DNA from: Octopus sinensis
Taxonomy: Eukaryota
Reading direction: 5' to 3'
DNA length: 63,113 nt
Assembly (NCBI RefSeq): GCF_006345805.1
Contig: NW_021834302.1
Location: 1-63,113, forward strand
Shown here: piece after piece, positions 50,289 through 62,132 of the stretch
How positions within the stretch are numbered: the stretch's first letter is position 1
Layout of the letters: every line of letters starts with the position of its first letter
The notes under the pieces: model-generated
The model's input: only the letters and a program-made list of their open reading frames with translations
Database searches by the model: none
Told to the model about the DNA's origin: nothing
Program-made: the position numbers and the translations under genes

Positions 50289-50673
50289 GAGAGCACTCCG
50301 TCGGTTACGACGACGAGGGTTCCGGTTGATCCGAATCAAGGGAACAGCCTGCTCGTGAAATTAACGTGTAAGTGGCTGAGCACTCCACAGACACTTGTAC
50401 CCTTAGCATAGTTCTCGGGGATATTCAGCGTGACACAGAGAGTGACAAGGCCGGCCCCTTTGAAATACAGGTACAACAGAAACAGGAAGTAAGAGTGAGA
50501 GAAAGTTGTGGTGAAAGAGTACAGCAGGGATCACCACCATCCCCTGCCGGAGCCTCGTGGAGCTTTAGGTGTTTTCGCTCAATAAACACTCACAACGCTC
50601 GGTCTGGAAATCGAAACCACGATCTTATGACCGTGAGTCCGCTGCCCTAACCACTGGGCCATTGCGCCTCCAC
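50289..50673 (-). mobile_element. SINE-B, tail type 2
   Basis: Reverse complement of 19983-20369. Confidence 0.9.
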
Positions 50674-50851
50674 ATTTACAATGTATATGTTAACTCATTG
50701 ATTTCTTTTTCTGAATGCCCTAGCTTATCCAAATTTCCCCTTAGGCATATACTCATAAAAGAAACGGCACCAATTATTTTTGGTATAAATGTGAATTTAT
50801 AACCAGGATATAGAAGCTGGGACTTTCAAAGCAGCGTTTTCTCTTTGATAT

Positions 50852-51078
50852 TTAACCCTTTAGCATTTAAACCGTCCATATCTGGCCAAAAGTATTCTGC
50901 CTGTTTTATGTTCAAACTGGCCAGATCTGGTCTCACACCAACCCTACAATATCGTTTTAAAAATTAACAGCTACCTCATCAAAATCTCATAGCTACAAGA
51001 TAATCCATGATTAGTTCAAAACAATATGGATAAAAAAGGATTAGTTTTGGCAGAATAATGTGAACACTAAAGGGTTAA
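50852..51078. mobile_element. TTAA/piggyBac-type MITE family 1
   Basis: TTAA-ccctttag ... ctaaaggg-TTAA. Confidence 0.85.
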
Positions 51079-51304
51079 AGAGATATTCAAATCAGCAAGG
51101 CAGCTGGCCTCTATGTCAGCACATACTTTTTCTTGTTTTTCCCAAACAATATCTATATATATGTATGAATGTATGTACATACTCATACAAATAGGCACCA
51201 AATTTACTGAGGTTTTAGAACAGGGGTCTCCAAGCTTTTTTAAACTGCTGCCCTTGGTTTCCAGACCACTTTCCTAGTGTTCCTACCACTTCCACCACCA
51301 CCAC

Positions 51305-51909
51305 TACCTATTTCTTTGCTAACCACAAGGGGCTAAACACAGAGGGGACAAACAAGGACAGACAGACGGATTAAGTCGATTATATTGACCCCAGTGCGTA
51401 ACTGGTACTTAAATTAATCAACCCCGAAAGGATGAAAGGCAAAGTCAACCTCGGCAGAATTTGAACTCAGAATGTAATGGCAGATGAAATACCTATTTCT
51501 TTACTACCCACAAGGGGCCAAACAGAGAGGGGACAAACAAGGACAGACAAAGGGATTAAGTCAATTACATCGACTCCAGTGTGTAACTGGTACTTATTTA
51601 ATTGACCCCGAAAGGATGAAAGGCAAAGTCGACCTCGGCAGAGTTTGAACTCAGAATGTAACGGCAGGCAAAATACCTATTTCTTTATTACCACAAGGGG
51701 CTAAACACAGACGGGGACAAACAAGGACAGACAGACGGATTAAGTCGATTATATCGACTCCAGTGCGTAACTGGTACTTAATTTATCGACCCCGAAAGGA
51801 TGAAAGGCAAAGTCGACCCCGGTGGAGTTTGAACTCAGAACGTAACGGCAGACAAAATACCGCTGAGCATTTCGCCCGGCTTGCTAACGATTCTGCCATC
51901 TCCCCACCT
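51305..51909 (-). mobile_element. SINE-C tandem trimer
   Basis: tacctatttcttt starts three ~180-bp bodies; only one head, near 51905. Confidence 0.88.
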
Positions 51910-52536
51910 TTAAAAAGAAAAAAATGCATGTTTGGAGTAAACAGTATTTCATTAAAGACATGACGTAATTTGAACCCAGAACATGAACACAGAGCAAAAT
52001 GCTGCTTATCATGTTAACAGATACAAGTGTTCAACTTCATCAATGATATCTTCCAAAGTGGTGCTCCAGCATGGCCTTACTCGAACAAATAAGAGAATAG
52101 ATATCTATGTAATTATACAATATTGGACACAGCTATTAACTTGAAAGTGTGAAAAATCCATTGAGCATAGACTTTGAAGCAGAATTCCTATTTAATATTA
52201 GATGTATATCCAGACGCCGTTACTGGGTTTATTGTATTTTTTTTTTATCACTTTGGCATTAATTGTGTTTGTGTTTCTAATTGCTAATTATTTATGAACA
52301 CTTATTAAGTAATTAATATATAATCACCCGCATACATACATGGATATAAATATAAATATGTATACATACATACATATATATATATATATGTATATATATG
52401 TATATATATATGTATATATATATATGTGTGTGTGTATATATATTATATATATATATATAGTTAGATAGATGGATAGATAGGTAGATAAATAGATAGATAA
52501 ATAGATCGATAAATAGATAGATAAATAGATAGATAA

Positions 52537-52567
<31 letters not shown>

Positions 52568-52916
52568 ATTAGAGTGCACATCGTAATACAATACAATATC
52601 GATTTATATGTATATGTATACTTAAATATATATAGCTATACATACACACATACATACATATATATATATATAAATATATATATATATGTATGTATATGTA
52701 TATATATGTATATATGAATATATATATACATTTATATATGTGTGTATATATATGTATATATTTATGTGTATACGTGTATATATACATATATGTGTGTGTA
52801 TATATTTATATTTATATATATAAATATATATACTCACACAGATACATTCATACATACAGAGAGATAGATATTTATATGCATATGAGTGTATAAGCACATA
52901 TAAATACATGCATGTT

Positions 52917-52952
<36 letters not shown>

Positions 52953-52964
52953 ATAATATATATA

Positions 52965-53056
<92 letters not shown>

Positions 53057-53351
53057 TATATATATATATAATATATATATATATACCCTCATATACACAC
53101 ACGCATACAGATATATGTACACACATTCCGGATACTTCTCATGCTAAGCACAACACCTTCATTCTGTAGTTTAAAATCTATCCAATTAAAAGCTAAAATC
53201 ATAGTTGCAAATTAACTAATTAATTGCATAGTACAAAATTAATTGCTTCGTTAAACACATGACAGGTTCTCTGGCGAACCACATGCAAAACACACACACA
53301 TACACACACACACACACACACAATTTCTCTCTCTCTCTCTCTCCTCTCTCT

Positions 53352-53386
<35 letters not shown>

Positions 53387-53549
53387 CTCTTACTTTCTCT
53401 ATCACTTTACTCTTTCTTTCTCTCATTTCATATTCATATATATATTTACTCTCCCTTCTCCTTCCCTCTCTCTGTCTCTTGCCCTCTCTCTCCCTTGTTT
53501 TCTCTCTCCCTCTAATTTCACATTTGCATCTCCTATATACTCTTCTACT

Positions 53550-54110
53550 CTTTCACTCGTTTCAGTCATTTGACTGCGGCCATGCTGGAGCACCGCCTTT
53601 AGTCGAGCAAATCGATCCCGGGACTTATTTTTTTGTAAGCCTAGTACTTATTCTATCGGTCTCTTTTGCCAAACCGCTAAGTGACGGTGACGTAAACACA
53701 CCAGCATCGGTTGTCAAGCAATGCTAGGAGGACAAACACAGACACACAAACATATACATACACACATATATATATATATATATACGACAGGCTTCTTTCA
53801 GTTTCCGTCTACCAAATCCACTCACAAGGCTTTGGTCGGCCCAAGGCTATAGTAGAAGACACTTGCCCAAGATGCCACTCCTGCGCCTATACACATATAC
53901 ATATATACATACATACATACACACATACAAATGTATACATATATACGACGGGCTTCTTTTAGTTTCCGTCTACCAAATCCACTCACAAGGCTTTGGTCGG
54001 CCCAAGGCTATAGCAGAAGACACTTGCCCAAGGTGCCACACAGTGGGACTGAACCCGGAACCATGTGGTTGGTAAGCAAGCTACTTACCACACAGCCACT
54101 CCTACGCCTT
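53550..54110 (-). mobile_element. SINE-A with a duplicated 5' part
   Basis: cagtttccgtctaccaaatcc-like segment at about 53800 and 53960. Confidence 0.85.
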
Positions 54111-54501
54111 ATACATTTCTCTATTTTTCTTCTTTTCTCTTCACTCTATTTTACAAGTCTCTCTTTACTCTCACTTAGTGTCTTCTCTCCCTCCCTCTAT
54201 TTCCCCTCTTTCCCTCTCCTCCTCCTCTCTCATTGTCTTCACTCCCCTCCCCCTACTTTTTATACTAGTTACAGTTACTCCCCTCCCTTACTCCCATCTC
54301 TTCTTCCTCCCTCTTCTTCAAAACATGCAACTTTTAATCTGTTCCACTCGTCTCAGAAGCTTGCAAAATGTAAAGATTACAGAATCAGTAGATCATCAGA
54401 GAGAATGCTTTATTATACTTGTCCTGAGTCTTTCCATTCTGCATCCAAATCCTATTGAAGTCAACTTAACCATTCATTCTTTTGGAATCAATAAAATAAA
54501 G

Positions 54502-54737
54502 TACCTATTTCTTTACTACCCACAAGGGGCTAAACACAGAGGGGACAAACAAGGACAGACAAACGGATTAAGTCGATTACATCGACCCCAGTGCGTAACT
54601 GGTACTTAATTTATCGAACCCGAAAGGATGAAAGGCAAAGTCGACCTTGGCGGAATTTGAACTCAGAACGTAACGGCAGACGAAATACGGTTACACATTT
54701 CGCCCGGCGTGCTAACATTTCTGCCAGCTCGCCGCCT
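54502..54737 (-). mobile_element. SINE-C, full
   Basis: Head ggcggcgagctggcagaaatgttagcacgccgggcg. Confidence 0.9.
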
Positions 54738-54898
54738 TTTAAAATAAAGTACCAGTCTTGTACTGGGGGTTGATGAAATCAAACAACCCCTCCAGTCAAA
54801 ATTGTTGACCTTCTGCTTAAGCCAGGAAATCTTCTGATCATTGTCATCATCATCAGCATCATCACCATCATCATCATCATCATCATCATAATTAAGAA

Positions 54899-55090
54899 AT
54901 GGCGAGCTGGCAGAATTGTTAGCATGTTAGACAAAATGCTTAGTGGTGTTTCATTTGTCGTTAAGTTATGAGTTCAAATTCTGCCACGGTCAACTTTCAT
55001 CCTTTTGGGGTCGATAAAATAAGCTTAGTGGTTAATGTAATCAACTATCCCCCTCCGCCAAATTTCAGGCCTTGTGCCTATAGCAAAAAG
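54899..55090 (+). mobile_element. SINE-C, diverged, opposite orientation to the 54502 copy
   Basis: ggcgagctggcagaattgttagc head and core. Confidence 0.8.
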
Positions 55091-55099
55091 GATTATTAT

Positions 55100-57020
55100 T
55101 ATTGAGTGAGAGAACAGTGCATGCCATCAAAGTGACACTGGGGTAAAATATACGAAGCCCAATATACCCATCATGACTACCCATCTGATAAGGGTACACC
55201 AGGCACATGCATCACAACCATATGTGTGCGACATGGTGATCTCATATCAAGATAAACAGCACATGACCTTGCAGGTGGGGCCCAGTTAGAATTTTCCTCA
55301 AGTCGAGTAGTCCATCCTGCTCAAAAGATCCCTGAATAAGGTTTGTTTAAGGATGTTGAATGAAACACCAATGTTTCCAGAGGTGAATTATTCAAACCTC
55401 CAAGAATTCCTCTCAACACACAGCTACGATGCTCCTCCACTACTTCTGCTTGTAATTAGAGATGCACATATCGTCAGCCACTAAGGGACATGCTCAACTG
55501 GTTAAGGATCAAACAACTGACAAGCAAATCTGTGGTATTGAGCAGAATATTTGCTGTAGCCCATCTTTTATACCAAGACAAAACAATGTACATGATAACA
55601 CTTCCAGTCAGTTAAGATCAGAAGCCATGAGAGCCACTGCCTGGTACGGCATCTATTATTATTATTATTATTATTAATTAAGGTGGCGAGGTGGCCCAAT
55701 CAAGATAAACAGCGCATGACCTTGCAGGTGGGGCCCAGTTAGAATTTTTCTCAAGTCGAGTAGTCCATCCTGCTCAAAAGATCCTGAATAAGGTTGTTTA
55801 AGGATGTTGAATGAAAACCAATGTTTCCAGAGGTGAATTATTCAAACCTCCAAGAATTCCTCTCAACACACAGCTACGATGCTCCTCCACTACTTCTGCT
55901 TGTAATTAGAGATGCACATATCGTCAGCACTAAGGGACATGCTCAACTGGTTAAGGATCAAACAACTGACAAGCAAATCTGTGGTATTGAGCAGAATATT
56001 GCTGTAGCCCATCTTTTATACCAAGACAAAACAATGTACATGATAACACTTCCAGTCAGTTAAGATCAGAAGCCATGAGAGCCACTGCCTGGTACGGCAT
56101 CTATTATTATTATTATTATTATTATTAATTAAGGTGGCGAGGTGGCCCAATCAAGATAAACAGCGCATGACCTTGCAGGTGGGGCCCAGTTAGAATTTTT
56201 CTCAAGTCGAGTAGTCCATCCTGCTCAAAAGATCCTGAATAAGGTTGTTTAAGGATGTTGAATGAAAACCAATGTTTCCAGAGGTGAATTATTCAAACCT
56301 CCAAGAATTCCTCTCAACACACAGCTACGATGCTCCTCCACTACTTCTGCTTGTAATTAGAGATGCACATATCGTCAGCACTAAGGGACATGCTCAACTG
56401 GTTAAGGATCAAACAACTGACAAGCAAATCTGTGGTATTGAGCAGAATATTGCTGTAGCCCATCTTTTATACCAAGACAAAACAATGTACATGATAACAC
56501 TTCCAGTCAGTTAAGATCAGAAGCCATGAGAGCCACTGCCTGGTACGGCATCTATTATTATTATTATATTATTATTAATTAAGGTGGCGAGGTGGCCCAA
56601 TCAAGATAAACAGCGCATGACCTTGCAGGTGGGGCCCAGTTAGAATTTTTCTCAAGTCGAGTAGTCCATCCTGCTCAAAAGATCCCTGAATAAGGGTTGT
56701 TTAAGGATGTTGAATGAAACACCAATGTTTCCAAAGGTGAATTATCCAAACCCCAAAGAATTCCTCTCAACACATGACTATGATGCTCCCCCAGTATTCC
56801 TGCTGTTGATCAGAGATGCATATATCGTCAGCCACTAAGGGACATGCTCAACTGGTTCAGGTCAAAAAACTGACAAGCAAATCTGTGGTATTGAGCAGAA
56901 TATTTGCTGTAACCCATCTTTTATACCAAGACAAAACAATGTACATGATAACACTTCCAATCAGTTAAGATCAGAAACCATGAGAAACAGTGCCTGGTAC
57001 TGCATCAGGGCATTAATTAT
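55100..57020 (-). repeat. ~451-bp tandem array (four copies) of an (AAT)n-tailed retroposon-like repeat
   Basis: atcaagataaacagc at about 55246, 55700, 56150 and 56600; identical ORFs at 55821 and 56272. Family not identified. Confidence 0.85.
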
Positions 57021-57276
57021 CATTATTGTTGTTATTATTATTATTGTTATTATCATTATCATCGTCATCATTATTATCAGTAGAACATCAGACATTTTGC
57101 ATAGCAACATTCATATTCACATTCTTGAGTTCAAATGCCACTGAGATCAATTTTGCTTTTCCTCCTTTTAGAGTTGATGAAACAAGTACCAGTTGAACTC
57201 TGGAGTCAAAGTATTAGAGTATCTTCTGATCCCCAAATTTCAGGCCCTGCACCTATAGTAGGAAGGATTCTTATTC

Positions 57277-57505
57277 TTAACCCTTTAGTGTTTGCATTAT
57301 TCATCCAAAATTAATGCTTTTTTATCCACATTGTTTTGAACTAATCAGGCATTATCTTGTAGCAATGAGATTTTGATGAGGTAGCTGTTAATTTTTAAAA
57401 CGATATTGTAGGGTTGGTGTGAGAGACCAGATCTGGTCAGTTTGAACATAAAACAGGCAGAATACTTTTGGCCAGATATGGCCGGTTTAAATTTTAAAGG
57501 GTTAA
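57277..57505. mobile_element. TTAA/piggyBac-type MITE family 1, inverted relative to 50852
   Basis: TTAA-ccctttag ... taaaggg-TTAA. Confidence 0.85.
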
Positions 57506-58049
57506 AGCATTCTGGACAAAATGCTTCGTGGCATTTCATCTGTCTTTATATTCTCAGTTCAAATTCCACTGAAGTCAGCTTTGTCTTTCACCTTTTGGGG
57601 GCTCAATAAAATAAGTACCAGTCAAGCACTGGGATCAGTAATATTGACTTACCACCCACTGGGGTCGATGTAATTGAATTCCCCTCATCAAAAAAATTGC
57701 TTACCTTTTGCCTAAATTTCAAACCATTATTATTGTTAGAAAATTACTATTTTTGAATCTCACAACATGAGATATTCAGCAACAGAACTTTGTAGTAAAG
57801 ATTGTTTGCCAACATAAAATGGCAGTCCTGGTTTAGGACGAATGTTGCTGTAATTTAACCCCAGGAGACATCGTCTCCAGCTGGCTATATGACTCAATCT
57901 GTGTTCGAAAATATAAGGACATAGATCGTGTTGTGTAACCAGCTGGGTTGATAAAATAAGAAACAGCTGAGCCCTGAAGTCAATGTAATCAATTTGACTC
58001 CTCTCCCCCTAAATTTCAGGCTTTGTGCCTGTTGTAGAAAGGATTACAT

Positions 58050-59019
58050 AATATAGGCACAGGAGTGGCTGTGTGGTAAGTAGCTTGCTTACCAACCACC
58101 TGGTTCCAAGTTCAGTTCCACTGTGTGGCACCTTGGGCAAGTGTCTTCTACTATAGCCTCGGGCTGACCAAAGCCTTGTGAGTGGATTTGGTAGACGGAA
58201 ACTGAAAGAAGCCTGTCGTATATATGTATATATATATAGGCGCAGGAGTGGCTGTGAGGTAAGATGCTTGCTCACCAACCACATGGTTCCAAGTTCAGTC
58301 CTACCGTGTGGCACCTTGGGCAAGTGTCTTCTACTATAGCCCCGGGCCAACCAATGCCTTGTGAGTGGATTTGGTAGACAGAAACTGAAAGAAGCCTGTC
58401 ATATATATATATATATATGCGTGTGTGTGTTTGTGTGTCTGTGTTTGTCCCCCCAACATTGCTTGACAACCGATGCTGGTGTGTTTACGTCCCTGTAACT
58501 TAGTGGTTTGGCAAAAGAGACTGATAGAATAAGTCAGTGCATTTCAACCTTTTTGGTGGAGCGGAACCCCAAGGAAACATTCCACTGGTTCGAGGTACCC
58601 CTGTGCAATAATTTGTCTTATGCACACATATCTGCACAGGAGAATTAAAAATTACTGTCGATTTTAGCAGTTTTGTAACTTCTTGCGGAACCCCTGGACT
58701 GTACTGGCAGAACCCTGGTTGAAAACCACTGGAATAAGTACTAGGCTTACAAAGAAGAAGTCCTGGGTTTGATTTGCTCGACTAAAAGTGGTGCTCCAGC
58801 ATGGCCACAATCAAATGACTGAAACAAATAAAAGAAAAAAAAAGTAGTTTCAGTTAGGCGCAGGAGTGGCTGTGTGGTAAGTAGCTTGCTTACGAACCAC
58901 ATGGTTCCGGGTTCAGTCCCACTGCGTGGCATCTTGGGCAAGTGTCTTCTGCTATAGCCCTGGGCCGACCAATGCCTTGTGAGTGGATTTGGTAGACGGA
59001 AACTGAAAGAAGCCTGTTG

Positions 59020-59057
<38 letters not shown>

Positions 59058-59285
59058 CGTGTGTTTGTGTGTCTGTGTTTGTGTCTCCGCCTAGCATTGC
59101 TTGACAACCGATGCTGGTGTGTTTACGTCCCCGTAACTTAGCGGTTCGGCAAAAGAGACTGATAGAATAAGTACTGGGCTTACAAAGAATAAGTCCTGGG
59201 TTTGATTTGCTCGACTAAAAGCAGTGCTCCAGCATGGCTGCAGTCAAATGACTGAAACAAGTAAAAGAGTAAAAGAGTAAAGAGT
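58050..59285 (+). mobile_element. SINE-A cluster with three heads (about 58055, 58238, 58857)
   Basis: Direct comparison with full SINE-A copies. Confidence 0.88.
58535..58731. mobile_element. hAT (Charlie-like) MITE inserted in SINE-A
   Basis: TIRs cagtgcatttcaacc / ggttgaaaaccactg; perfect 8-bp TSD gaataagt. Confidence 0.92.
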
Positions 59286-59779
59286 ATATAAAGTGCCCGT
59301 TTTTTTTAAAGAGACATAAAATAATATATTGGTGGGGGTTTGGGGGTTTGGCTACTGTTTCTAGCAGGCTGAGCAACAATGCAGATCTCCGTACTCTAAT
59401 TCATTATACAGGTGTATGTCTGTATCTGTAAGCATTTGAATGGTTCTGTGTGTGTGACGGAAGCTCAAAAGATGGCGTGATTGCATGTTCATAATTTCAA
59501 CTCTTCCCAACAATTTCATTTTAATTGGAAAGCACTCAAATATAAATGTAAAACTACGCTGCCAGGCTGTTGAAGGAGATGTTATTAGACCTTCATGTGA
59601 ATTCCTTGTCTCTTCATTTTTGTTGTTGTTGTTGTTGTTGTTTTCCAGATAATGGAGTTGTGATTTGGGGATTGGGTGACAAGCAATAATTTTGATTAAG
59701 CTTCTTAATTAACTCTTAAATTGTATAGCATTTGTTACTTCTGACACACACACACACATACATAAATATATATCACTCA

Positions 59780-60200
59780 GACGTAGATGCACACTGCATC
59801 GACAACAGATTGCATTCCCAGAATACAGAATGATACACTTTAGTGAGCACATTGAGAAATGTGCAAAGCAACTACTACCACAATTTTTAATGTTTCCATT
59901 TTACCAATGTGCTATCGAAACACCAACACAAATTAGACTAAACAAGGAAACATTCTTCATTGAAAAATACAAGCCCAAACTTAACCATTCCAACATTCTT
60001 ATACAGAGAAACTCACCCCCAAAAAAAGGCAAGAAATATTAAGCGATTATCTCCCTTACACCGGAAGAAATCACTTATTACCTCCCCTTATCTGGAACTC
60101 CTCTTTGCACTTCTCAACGAAAATATAATGATGTAAGAAATTTGAAAAGCTGAACACGAAACCGGTCATTTCTTCAAAAACTATGTCATTGTATGAAAAA
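59780..60200 (+). pseudogene. Penelope-like element 3' end (GIY-YIG C-terminus plus terminal repeat)
   Basis: RCTLHRQQIAFPEYRMIHFSEHIEKCAKQLLPQFLMFPFYQCAIETPTQIRLNKETFFIEKYKPKLN (RL.KE..FI.K.KP.LN terminus). Confidence 0.78.
60135..60174 (+). ncRNA. Type I minimal hammerhead-like fold
   Basis: AAGAAAT-TTGAAAA-GCTGAACAC-GAAAC-CG-GTC-ATTTCTT: 7-bp stem I, palindromic ACCGGT stem III, GUC triplet; the core has two substitutions versus CUGANGA. Confidence 0.55.
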
Positions 60201-60617
60201 AGTTTATAACATTCTTCAGACATAATGACTCAAATATATATTTTTTAACCTTTTAAAACAAGCCTTCTGTAGTTTTTTCACTTTTTACTATTTCTATATA
60301 TTCAACCACGTGTTTCACACCCAACTTTCTCCCAACTTTCTCACCTATATATATACATCTATATATATCTATATATATATATATATATAATACTTTATTT
60401 AAAAGCAGCAGAAATTCAACAAGCCTGTTACTCTGCTGCTTTTAATAAAGCATATTACTCTACCCCTGGTATTTTGAGTACTCTTTTTTCCACCTTGTTT
60501 CACTTTATGTGTTTACTCCGGTGTGTATATATATATATATTATATATATATAATATATTATATATATATATAATATATATATATAATATATATAAAAATA
60601 TATATATATTATCATAA

Positions 60618-60664
<47 letters not shown>

Positions 60665-60956
60665 CATACATACATACATATATATAATTAATATATATGC
60701 ATATGTACATACATACAAACCTACAAGTACGTGTACATACATATACGTCGCAGTTATAAGGATCCATAAAGAATCAAGGTATATCTGCATGATGCATGCC
60801 ACTAATTGGCTAGTCAGGATCATACAGAACAGGCAGTACAGCAAACCATTATCGTCTCATAAGGCATTGATGAGGATACAATAGTATGGTTGAGTATTCC
60901 ACAATTCCAATAGTAAATAAAGTTTTCAAAGAATAATAAAATATATAGAGTGGCAT

Positions 60957-60988
<32 letters not shown>

Positions 60989-61362
60989 TGTTTGTTTGTT
61001 TGTTTGTTTGTTGAGCAAAGTGGTCTTCGTCCTAGAAGTCTGAAATGTGGTCCTTTGCTATTCGTAAGACCCGCAGAAGAGAAAGCAGGTCAACCCCCGA
61101 CACCGAGAGCATCGACGGATGGATGAATGCGCATCCGGACTCAGCGGTTGCGCAGGAAGTCGGGGACAAGAAACAGGAAGAAAGAGCGAGAGAAAGTTGG
61201 AGCGAAAAAGTACAGCAGGGGTCGCCACCACCCCCTGCCAGAGCCTTGTGGAGCTTTAGGTGTTTTGGCTCAATCAACACACACAACGCCCGGTCTGGGA
61301 ATTGAAACCGCGATCCTCTGACTGCGAGTCCGCTGACCTAACCATTGGGCCATTGCGCCTCC
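60989..61362 (-). mobile_element. SINE-B, tail type 3, ending in (CAAA)n
   Basis: Same head as B1 and B2, with an unrelated 3' tail. Confidence 0.82.
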
Positions 61363-61699
61363 TGCTGCAGCTGCTTTGCTCTGTTGCTGTTGCTCTGCTG
61401 CAACTGCTGATCTGCTGCTGCTACTGCTCTGCTGCTGCTGCTACTACTACTACTATGCTGCTGCCGCTGCTGCTTTAGAGTGTTGGCTAAAATGCTTTAC
61501 AGCAGTCATTCCCACTCTTTATGGTGTGTTCAAGCACCTGCTGAGGTCGACTTTGCTTTCATCCCTCCAGAATTGATAAAATAAAGGAGCAGTCAAACAC
61601 TGAATTTGATGTAATCAAATTGAAACCCTCCCCTCAAAATTACTAGCCATGTTCCAAAAACATTTAGCTCTTTACAATGTCAGCCCCCATCAGTTTTTG

Positions 61700-62132
61700 A
61701 CAATTGTCCCCATCAGTCCCCTCTTAATTAGTTCTGTAATCTAATCTTTGTAAACCTGGTGTGCTAGGATAGACGCATTGATTTTCTTGTGACCAGGTCC
61801 CTGTCTCTATAGCCTAAGAAGATTGACTGTATAGATCACAAATTTGTGGTCTGTATGGCTGACAATTTTGGATTGTGGACTCCTTAAGCTACCCTTATCT
61901 GCTAACCTGCAGAATACTCTCTCTAGATACAATTTGGATTATTTGAGGATGTTTGCCTATGTCTACATGGGGATATTTGGGAAATCTAATCAGTAAATGC
62001 TAGCCAGTGGGAAATGACTGAGTGGGTTTGCAAGGTTTTTATACTCTCCCTTTCCCATCTTCTAGCCCCACACAATCCATATGTGCATTCAAGATTGTAT
62101 TCCAGTCGCCCACTAGCACTAAATTGTGAGAT
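61700..62132 (-). pseudogene. Tx1/L1-clade LINE endonuclease relic
   Basis: LVLVGDWNTILNAHMD..Y*LDFPNIPM*T*..LYLERVFCR..SHTDHKFV..RQGPGHKKINASIL, matching the GDFN, W/TW, IDR, SDH and GPG.WK.N.S.L motifs. Confidence 0.8.

Noticed and set aside
51221-51290. hAT-like end caggggtctccaagcttttt
   Set aside because: No matching second terminus or TSD found.
55821-56514. Duplicated 80-aa ORF MFPEVNYSNLQ...
   Set aside because: Lies within the tandem repeat; the frame is broken in copies 1 and 4.
60860-60900. ttgatgaggatac as another hammerhead
   Set aside because: No GAAA core or stem I can be assigned.
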